Notes under the pieces: model-generated | The model's input: the letters and a program-made list of their open reading frames with translations, nothing else | Databases searched by the model: none | Told to the model about the DNA's origin: nothing | In this document: one piece after another, positions 17,412 through 23,876 of the stretch | Layout of the letters: each line of letters opens with the position of its first letter | Numbering within the stretch: the first letter of the stretch is position 1 | Translations under genes and position numbers: made by a program | Origin: Pseudomonas aeruginosa | Lineage (GTDB): Bacteria; Pseudomonadota; Gammaproteobacteria; Pseudomonadales; Pseudomonadaceae | Direction of reading: 5' to 3' | Length of the DNA: 32,000 bases | NCBI RefSeq assembly: GCF_001457615.1 | Contig: NZ_LN831024.1 | Location: forward strand, 1,560,001 to 1,592,000

Positions 17412-17842
17412 CCGCCGTACGCCGGATCCGCGCCGCGGCGCTACCCGACCTGCCGGATGCAAGCTGGTCCAATGCCCTGCTGGTGGGAGAGGAGCTGGTG
17501 ATGTCCGGCATGACCGCGCACCCGGCCACCCGCCAGGCCGCCGAGCGCGGCGCCGCGCTCGACGCCCATGCCCAGGCCCTGGTGGTGCTGGGCAAGGTGA
17601 AGGCGCTGCTGGAGGCGGCGGGAGGCCATGTCGGCAACCTCTACAAGCTCAACGTCTACGTCACCCGCATCGCCGACAAGGACGCTATTGGGCGCGCGCG
17701 GCAGGAGTTCTTCGCCGGCCAGGGCACTTTTCCCGCCTCCACCCTGGTCGAGGTGAGCGGCCTGGTGTTTCCCGAACTGCTGGTGGAGATCGACGCCTGG
17801 GCGCGCCTCGATATCGACCTGGCGAACTGCGACGAAGCCTGA
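17408..17842 (+). CDS. RidA/YjgF/endoribonuclease L-PSP family protein (enamine/imine deaminase-like)
   Basis: The GTG start overlaps the Rieske stop (GTGA). The 144-aa length and the C-terminal PASTLVEVSGLVFPELLVEIDAWA pattern are typical of RidA proteins. Confidence 0.8.
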   Translation: MTAVRRIRAAALPDLPDASWSNALLVGEELVMSGMTAHPATRQAAERGAALDAHAQALVVLGKVKALLEAAGGHVGNLYKLNVYVTRIADKDAIGRARQEFFAGQGTFPASTLVEVSGLVFPELLVEIDAWARLDIDLANCDEA

Positions 17843-17856
17843 AAGCGAGGTAGAAG

Positions 17857-18813
17857 ATGACTCACGACAACAGACTGGCGGCCTTCGTCCATACCCTGCG
17901 CTTCGAGGCGCAGGGTATCCTCGGCGTCGAACTGCGCCCGCAGGGCGACCAGGTCTTTCCGCCATTCAGCGCCGGCGCGCATATCGACCTGCACCTGCCC
18001 AACGGCCTGGTGCGCAGCTACTCGCTGCTCAACTCGCCGGAGGACTGCGGCCGCTATGTGCTCGGCATCCTGCGTGATCGCGGCAGCCGCGGCGGCTCCG
18101 CGTTCGTCCACGATAGCCTGCGGGTCGGCATGCAATTGCAGATATCCCGGCCGCGCAACCTGTTCCCGCTGGAGGAAAACGCTGCGCACAGCGTACTGGT
18201 GGCCGGTGGCATCGGCGTGACGCCGATCTACTGCATGTTCAACCGCCTGCGTGCGCTGGGACGTTCGGTGGAACTGCTCTACTGCGCGCGCTCGCGCCAG
18301 GAAGCCGCCTTCGTCGAAGAACTGGCCGCCAGCGATGCCGCTATCCAGCTGCATTTCGACGACGAGAAGGGCGGCCCCATGGATCTCGGCGCCTTCCTTG
18401 GCGCACGGGCGTCCACCGCGCATTTCTACTGTTGCGGGCCGACCCCGATGATCGATGCCTTCGAGACGCACTGCGAACGCCTTGGCCATCCGCATGTGCA
18501 CATCGAGCGCTTCGCCGCCGCGCCCCAGGCCCCGGCGGCGCCCCAGGGCAGCTACGAAGTGCGCCTGGCGCGCAGCGGCACGAGCATCGAGGTGCCGAGC
18601 GGCAAGTCGTTGCTCGACGCCCTGCTGGAAGCTGGCGTGGTGGTCGATTGCAGTTGCCGCGAGGGCGTTTGCGGTTCCTGCGAGACCCGTGTGCTGGAAG
18701 GCGAGCCGGAGCATCGCGACGGCGTCCTGACCAAGGCGGAAAAGATCGCCAACCAGACCATGATGGTCTGCGTGTCCGGCTGCAAGGGATCGCGCCTGGT
18801 GCTCGACCTCTGA
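17857..18813 (+). CDS. Phthalate-dioxygenase-reductase-type oxidoreductase (FMN + NAD + C-terminal plant-type 2Fe-2S)
   Basis: Flavin motif RSYSL, NAD motif VAGGIGVTP, ferredoxin motif CREGVCGSCETRV...C. GCGAGG lies upstream of the ATG. Confidence 0.9.
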   Translation: MTHDNRLAAFVHTLRFEAQGILGVELRPQGDQVFPPFSAGAHIDLHLPNGLVRSYSLLNSPEDCGRYVLGILRDRGSRGGSAFVHDSLRVGMQLQISRPRNLFPLEENAAHSVLVAGGIGVTPIYCMFNRLRALGRSVELLYCARSRQEAAFVEELAASDAAIQLHFDDEKGGPMDLGAFLGARASTAHFYCCGPTPMIDAFETHCERLGHPHVHIERFAAAPQAPAAPQGSYEVRLARSGTSIEVPSGKSLLDALLEAGVVVDCSCREGVCGSCETRVLEGEPEHRDGVLTKAEKIANQTMMVCVSGCKGSRLVLDL

Positions 18814-18841
18814 TCCCCGGTTATTCCCGCGTTGCCTTTGG

Positions 18842-18869
18842 ACCGGCGTTTGTAACGCCGGTTTTTTTT
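18842..18869 (+). terminator. Rho-independent terminator of the 17-gene operon
   Basis: ACCGGCGTT (18842-18850) pairs perfectly with AACGCCGGT (18854-18862) around a 3-nt loop. T7-8 follows immediately. The hairpin begins 29 nt after the stop codon. Confidence 0.85.
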
Positions 18870-19009
18870 GCCTGGGGATCGAGCCCGGCCAAGGCTGGAA
18901 TAGCGTTCCGGGGGGACGAAAAGTGTCACCGTGATCTTTCTACGCACCCGCTTCGGGCGTTTTCGTTACCTTGCCAAGAGCCTGTTTCGAGGGTGAAAAG
19001 AAGTTGCGC

Positions 19010-19024
19010 GTTTAATATATAAAC
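19010..19024. promoter_or_regulatory. AT-rich palindrome GTTTA-N5-TAAAC related to the 4333-4367 sites
   Basis: GTTTAATATATAAAC shares the core ATATATAAA(A)CAA with 4357-4370. It is centred about 55 bp upstream of the sigma54-like GG at 19072. Confidence 0.35.
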
Positions 19025-19070
19025 AACTGTATTTAAAGGATTTTTTTGTTTTATGAGATTGTTCTTGCAC

Positions 19071-19086
19071 TGGCATGGTTAATGCT
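19071..19086 (+). promoter_or_regulatory. Second sigma54-type -24/-12 element, upstream of the porin gene
   Basis: TGGCATGGTTAATGCT has GG and GC at the correct spacing and the same TGGCATGG head as the 4316 site. It would give a leader of about 185 nt. Confidence 0.35.
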
Positions 19087-19281
19087 CGAAACGTTGTGCC
19101 GCATATGAAACGAAGTGCGGAGCGATAACACAACCGAGGCCGTTCCGACGGCCGGGAAAAATAAAAAACAAGAGCAACCGGAAACCAACTATCCAAGGCC
19201 ACCCGCGCTGTCGGCGAAGTTCGCCGAAGGGGTTCGGCTTGCTCGAAAAAACGCTGCCTTGGCGCACTCGCAGACGAGGTC

Positions 19282-20502
19282 ATGATGAAAACCCATCCGC
19301 TGTTCCCCGTACTTCTTCTTTCCAGTCTTTCGGCCCTGGCCGCTTCGCCGCCGTCCGAGGCGTCGAAGACCGGCAAGCCTTTCCCGCATGTCGGCCTGCG
19401 CAGCGACGACGGGCGCAGCAGCCTGGATATCGGCGGCGCGCTGCGGGTGAACTACCGCGACGAACACTGGAAGAGCACGGAAAACAATGGCCGCCTACTG
19501 TTCGATACCTTCCGCCTGGATATCCAGGCAACCCACGAGGACTTCTTTTCCGACCTCGGCTACTGGTTCCAGGACGACGGCAAGCGGGCCATCGACCGCG
19601 GCTTCGTCGGCTATCGCTTCAGCGACCTATCCAGCCTGCAATTGGGCGCGCCGTTCAAGCCGTTCGGCCTGGAGCCCTATCCGCAGTTCGGCTGGAGCTA
19701 CCACATCCCGTTCTTCCTGGGCTACGGGGTCAGCGCCGGCAGCGGCGCCAAGTACGTCTACAAGGACGCCGACTGGCATGTCCAGGCCGGCTATTTCCCA
19801 CGGATGCTGCCGGGCGGTGTGCGCTATTCGCCGGAAGTCGGCCGTTATACCGACCTGGACGACAACGCGGTCGCGGCGATTCATTCGCGGCAGGACAACG
19901 AGAAACGTGACCAGCTCAACCTGCGGGTCGCCCGTAATCTCGCCGGAGATGGCTGGAAAAGCGAGTTGGGCGCGTCGCTGGCGGCCTCGCGCCTGTACAA
20001 CGCGACCACCAGGGACGATGGCCGCTACTGGGCGGCGGGGTTGCATGGCGTGCTCAACGCCGGCAACTGGACGTTCAGCGGCGAAGCCATTCGCTACGCT
20101 TTCGATCCGAAGAACCCGGCGGGCGTCAGCGACGACGTGGTACTCATGGGTACCAACGGCCTGACCCCGGCCTACCTGATGGCCGCCAGGGCCTCGGTGG
20201 CGTCCTTCAACGTCGCCTACGACGTGCCGACGCCGAACCTGGGCATGCTGAAGAAGCTGCGCTTCTACAACGACTACAGCCGCATGTTCAAGGACAAGGC
20301 CGGCTGGGACGACTCGCAGATGTATACCGCAGGGGTGCAGTTCTTCGCCTTGCCGATCATGGGCTGGCTGGACTTCACCTGGGGACGCAACGCCAATCCC
20401 TACGGCGGTGCCGAGAGCGGCACGGGCTTCAGCAGCACCAGTTCGTCGCGCAGCAACGAGTGGATATTCCGCACCAACCTGAACATCGGCTACTACTTCT
20501 GA
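19282..20502 (+). CDS. Outer-membrane beta-barrel (porin-like) protein
   Basis: Signal peptide (LLLSSLSALAASP). Alternating amphipathic strands rich in Y/G/N. C-terminal NLNIGYYF with a terminal Phe, typical of OMPs. The second ATG at 19285 has better spacing to GAGG (19276-19279), so the start may be 19285. Confidence 0.85.
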   Translation: MMKTHPLFPVLLLSSLSALAASPPSEASKTGKPFPHVGLRSDDGRSSLDIGGALRVNYRDEHWKSTENNGRLLFDTFRLDIQATHEDFFSDLGYWFQDDGKRAIDRGFVGYRFSDLSSLQLGAPFKPFGLEPYPQFGWSYHIPFFLGYGVSAGSGAKYVYKDADWHVQAGYFPRMLPGGVRYSPEVGRYTDLDDNAVAAIHSRQDNEKRDQLNLRVARNLAGDGWKSELGASLAASRLYNATTRDDGRYWAAGLHGVLNAGNWTFSGEAIRYAFDPKNPAGVSDDVVLMGTNGLTPAYLMAARASVASFNVAYDVPTPNLGMLKKLRFYNDYSRMFKDKAGWDDSQMYTAGVQFFALPIMGWLDFTWGRNANPYGGAESGTGFSSTSSSRSNEWIFRTNLNIGYYF

Positions 20503-20517
20503 ACGGCGGAAAAAACG

Positions 20518-20540
20518 AAGCCCCGCCAATTGCGGGGCTT
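20518..20540. terminator. Bidirectional intrinsic terminator between convergent genes
   Basis: AAGCCCCGC (20518-20526) pairs with GCGGGGCTT (20532-20540). A6 on the + side gives a T-run for the minus-strand small gene. The T-tract for the + strand is weaker. Confidence 0.7.
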
Positions 20541-20563
20541 GCTTGCGGTGTGGACGGCGCTGC

Positions 20564-20743
20564 TCACAGGTCGAAGTCGTAGTCCGACAACTGGCGCTGC
20601 AGGCGGCGTTCTTCCAGCAGGTTGTCGATGATGCGACGCTTGGTCAGGTTGGTCTTGGCCACCTCGACGCTGGTTTCCTCGCCGTCATCCTCTTCAACGC
20701 CGGCTTCGTCGTCGATCTCGAGTTCTTCTTTGGCTTTTGCCAT
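20564..20743 (-). CDS. Small highly acidic protein (59 aa; PA3496-family)
   Basis: The ATG at 20743 is 8 nt downstream of GGAG; the track GTG at 20752 overlaps that SD. The sequence MAKAKEELEIDDEAGVEEDDGEET... ends in a conserved-looking basic/acidic tail RRIIDNLLEERRLQRQLSDYDFDL. The family name is recalled from NCBI naming. Confidence 0.7.
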   Translation of the reverse strand: MAKAKEELEIDDEAGVEEDDGEETSVEVAKTNLTKRRIIDNLLEERRLQRQLSDYDFDL

Positions 20744-20780
20744 GACATTCACTCCAACTTATGGGGTGGTAATGGCGCAC

Positions 20781-20809
20781 CTTATAGCGACAAAGCCGTG
20801 GCTGGTAAA
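20781..20809 (-). promoter_or_regulatory. Candidate sigma70 promoter for the small acidic protein gene
   Basis: On the minus strand: TTTACC (20809-20804), a 17-nt spacer, then TATAAG (20786-20781). This lies about 40 nt upstream of the ATG. Confidence 0.3.
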
Positions 20810-20851
20810 AAAGATTTTTTCAATCGTAAAGATAGGATTTCGAATAGTTGA

Positions 20852-21490
20852 TCAATCGTCTGAAGTCTTGTGCTTGTATTCGCACAGGTCCTCGATCCGG
20901 CAGCTTCCGCATTGCGGCTTGCGCGCCTTGCAGACGTAGCGGCCATGCAGGATCAGCCAGTGGTGGGCATCGAGCAGGTACTCGCGCGGCACGAACTTCA
21001 GCAGTTTCTTCTCCACCTCCAGAACGTTCTTTCCCGGTGCTATGCCGGTGCGGTTGGCGACGCGGAAGATATGCGTGTCCACCGCCATGGCCAGTTGCCG
21101 GAAGGCGGTGTTGAGCACCACGTTGGCGGTCTTGCGGCCAACCCCGGGCAGGGCTTCGAGGTCCTCGCGGTTGTCGGGGACCTGGCCGCCGTGCTTTTCG
21201 ATGAGGATGCGGCAGGTTTCGATGACGTTCTTCGCCTTGCTGTTGTAGAGGCCGATGGTCTTGATGTACTCCGACAGCCCCTCGACGCCGAGGGCGTGGA
21301 TCGCCTCGGGGGTGTTGGCCACCGGATAGAGGCGGGCGGTGGCCTTGTTCACCCCGACGTCGGTGGCCTGGGCGGAGAGGATCACCGCGATGAGCAGTTC
21401 GAAGGGGGTGGTGTAGGCCAGTTCGGTCCTTGGCTCGGGGTTGTCTTCGTGCAGTCGGCGGAAGATCTCCGCGCGCTTGGCGGCATTCAT
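20852..21490 (-). CDS. nth: Endonuclease III (DNA glycosylase/AP lyase)
   Basis: HhH-GPD motif [13 protein letters not shown]. Fe-S cluster loop [17 protein letters not shown]. 212 aa. ATGA overlap with rnfE. Confidence 0.95.
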   Translation of the reverse strand: MNAAKRAEIFRRLHEDNPEPRTELAYTTPFELLIAVILSAQATDVGVNKATARLYPVANTPEAIHALGVEGLSEYIKTIGLYNSKAKNVIETCRILIEKHGGQVPDNREDLEALPGVGRKTANVVLNTAFRQLAMAVDTHIFRVANRTGIAPGKNVLEVEKKLLKFVPREYLLDAHHWLILHGRYVCKARKPQCGSCRIEDLCEYKHKTSDD

Positions 21491-22203
21491 TCAATCACTC
21501 CGGTGACGCGGACGCGCTGGCGCTGGGTGGCGGGTACGTCGCCCGCCTGCACCTTGGCGCGTTCCGCCAGGCTTTCATCGATACGGTTCTTCAGGGCGAT
21601 CAGCAGGCCGAGCATGATGAACGCGCCCGGCGGCAGGATCGCCAGCAGGAAGCCCTGGTACTGCGGGAACGGCTGGATCTTCCAGTCCGCCGCCGCCGGG
21701 CCGAACAGCAAGTGCATGTCGGCCAGCAGGGTACCCTGGCCGAGCAGCTCGCGCAGGCCGCCGAGGACCAGCAGGACCAGGGCGAAGCCGAGGCCCATCA
21801 GCAGTCCGTCGAAGCTGGCGCGCAGCACGCCGTTCTTCGCCGCGAAGGCCTCGGCGCGGCCGAGGATCACGCAGTTGGTGGTGATCAGCGGGATGAAGAT
21901 GCCGAGGACCTGGTACAGCTCGTAGGTCCAGGCCTGCATCAGCAGTTCGATGCAGGTGGTCAGCACGGCGATGATCATGACGAACGCCGGTAGCCGGATC
22001 GCCTCGCTCACCGCGCCGCGCACCAACGATACCGCGGCATTGGAGCAGGCCAGCACGAGCATGGTGGCCAGGCCCAGGCCGAGGGCGTTGACCGTCGAGT
22101 TGCTGGTGCCCAGCAGCGGGCACAGGCCGAGCAACTGGACCAGGCCCGGGTTGTTGCGCCACAGGCCGTTGCGGGCGATCTCGCGGAAATCTTGTTCACT
22201 CAT
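21487..22203 (-). CDS. rnfE: Rnf/Rsx electron transport complex subunit E
   Basis: Polytopic membrane protein paralogous to RnfA (LGLCPLL, ITTNC motifs). Its position in the rnfABCDGE-nth order fits. Confidence 0.92.
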   Translation of the reverse strand: MSEQDFREIARNGLWRNNPGLVQLLGLCPLLGTSNSTVNALGLGLATMLVLACSNAAVSLVRGAVSEAIRLPAFVMIIAVLTTCIELLMQAWTYELYQVLGIFIPLITTNCVILGRAEAFAAKNGVLRASFDGLLMGLGFALVLLVLGGLRELLGQGTLLADMHLLFGPAAADWKIQPFPQYQGFLLAILPPGAFIMLGLLIALKNRIDESLAERAKVQAGDVPATQRQRVRVTGVIE

Positions 22204-22840
22204 GTCCGGCAGCCTCTTCGGGGGCGAGCAGGCGTTCGCGGTTGGCGTCGAAGTAGCGCAGCGCCTTGTGCACGGCGCGGACCACGGCGCGCGGGGTGAC
22301 GGTGGCGCCGGCGAACTGGTCGAACGTACCGCCGTCCTTCTTCACCGCCCAGCCGGCGTCCGCCGGATCGCCCAGGCCCTTGCCGTCGAAACCGTGCACC
22401 CAGGGACTCTTGGCCAGTTCGATGCGGTCGCCGAGGCCGGGGGTTTCCTTGTGCGCGACGACCCGCACGCCGAGCAGCCGGCCCTGGGCGGTGACCCCGA
22501 CCAGTAGCTGGATGGCGCCGCTGTAGCCATCCGGCGCGCTGGCCTGGAGGATGACTGCGCTGGCCTGGCCGTGCAGGCGGGCGACATAGGCCGGACGCGG
22601 CGCATCCAGGCCGAGCAGCTTCGGCGCGAAGGTTGGCACCTGGCTGTCCAGCGGATGGTTGTCGTAGCTGCCCGGCGGCAGCAGTTCCAGCAGGGCGCGG
22701 CCGCGCGCCTCGCGCTGGGCTTCGGCGATGCGCGCCTCTGTGAATTGCTGCACCAGGGCCACCAGGCCCACCCCGACCAGGGCGAAGAGCCCGAGCAGGA
22801 GGGCGTTGCGCAGCATCGAGCGGCGAGTCGCGGCGTCCAT
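22196..22840 (-). CDS. rnfG: Rnf/Rsx electron transport complex subunit G (FMN-binding)
   Basis: The ATG at 22840 overlaps the rnfD stop (TGATG). It has an N-terminal TM anchor and the FMN attachment-type motif [10 protein letters not shown]. The track ORF to 23263 is an extension. Confidence 0.9.
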   Translation of the reverse strand: MDAATRRSMLRNALLLGLFALVGVGLVALVQQFTEARIAEAQREARGRALLELLPPGSYDNHPLDSQVPTFAPKLLGLDAPRPAYVARLHGQASAVILQASAPDGYSGAIQLLVGVTAQGRLLGVRVVAHKETPGLGDRIELAKSPWVHGFDGKGLGDPADAGWAVKKDGGTFDQFAGATVTPRAVVRAVHKALRYFDANRERLLAPEEAAGHE

Positions 22841-23874
22841 CAGTCGCCTGCCTTGAAGCCGCGCTCGGCCTTGCGATGGCCGTAGGTGCGCGGCCGGGTG
22901 TAGTAGTCGATGGTCGGCGCCGCCAGGTTCATCAGCAGCACGGCGAACGCCACGCCATCGGGATAGCCGCCCCAGGCGCGGATGACGTAGGTGAGGACGC
23001 CGACGCCGAGGCCGAAGACCAGCCGCCCGCGATTGCTGGTGGCGCCGGACACCGGGTCGGTGACGATGAAGAAGGCGCCGAGCATGGTCGCCCCGCTGAA
23101 CAGATGGAACAGTGGCGAGCCATGGGAATCGGAGCCGGAACCATTCCAGAACAGCAGGCTCATGGCGAACAGGCCGGCGAGCATGCCCAGCGGCGCGTGC
23201 CAGGTGAACAGCCGGCGCCAGAGCAGGAACAGGCCGCCGAGGAGGAACGCCAGGTTGACCCACTCGCTGCCGGCGCTACCGAGGTGGCCGAAGGCCGGGT
23301 TGCCGGCGAACAGCTCGTCGACGGTCAGGCTGCGGTCGGTCTTCAGCACGTCGAGGGCGGTGGCGTGGGCCCAGGCGTCCGGCCGGGTAGCGAGACCGAG
23401 GAATTCGCGGAGGCTGTCGGGCAGGCCGAGGGCGCTGTCCGGCGAGGGCCAGCGGGTCATTTCCAGGGGAAACGAGACCAGCGCCACGACGTAGCCGAGC
23501 ATCGCCGGGTTGAACGGGTTCTGTCCGAGGCCGCCGTACAGGTGCTTGCCGAATACCAGGGCGAAGAAGGTCGCCACCAGGGTCAGCCACCAGGGGGCGT
23601 AGGGCGGCAGGGCGACGGCCAGCAACAGGGCGGTGACCAGCGCGCTGCCGTCCTTGAGGAACACCCCCGGCGGACGTTTGCGCAGGGCCAGCATGGCGGC
23701 TTCGCAGGCCAGCGCGACGAGGCTGGCCCAGGCCAGGTTGAGCAGGGTGCCCGGGCCGTACAGCCAGGTCAGCGTCAGCAGGCCGGGGACGCAGGCGCCG
23801 AGCACCAGGCGCATGATCGCCGGGGTACGGTTGGAGCCGCGGGCGTGGGGCGAGGTGGGGCGGGGCAGGGCCAT
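22840..23874 (-). CDS. rnfD: Rnf/Rsx electron transport complex subunit D
   Basis: The ATG at 23874 is 2 nt after the rnfC stop. It is a polytopic membrane protein (NqrB-like) with a SGAT flavin-attachment motif ([12 protein letters not shown]). The track ORF to 24303 is an extension. Confidence 0.9.
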   Translation of the reverse strand: MALPRPTSPHARGSNRTPAIMRLVLGACVPGLLTLTWLYGPGTLLNLAWASLVALACEAAMLALRKRPPGVFLKDGSALVTALLLAVALPPYAPWWLTLVATFFALVFGKHLYGGLGQNPFNPAMLGYVVALVSFPLEMTRWPSPDSALGLPDSLREFLGLATRPDAWAHATALDVLKTDRSLTVDELFAGNPAFGHLGSAGSEWVNLAFLLGGLFLLWRRLFTWHAPLGMLAGLFAMSLLFWNGSGSDSHGSPLFHLFSGATMLGAFFIVTDPVSGATSNRGRLVFGLGVGVLTYVIRAWGGYPDGVAFAVLLMNLAAPTIDYYTRPRTYGHRKAERGFKAGD

Positions 23875-23876
23875 GG

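Noticed and set aside
19105-19128. 7-codon mini-ORF (MKRSAER) in the porin leader, considered as a possible leader peptide.
   Set aside because: It has no Shine-Dalgarno sequence and no regulatory-codon logic. It is too short to support from sequence alone.
20807-20820. A6GAT6 inverted repeat downstream of nth, considered as a terminator.
   Set aside because: The stem is A/T only and thermodynamically negligible. It overlaps the candidate -35 region of the next gene, and nth probably reads through or terminates elsewhere.
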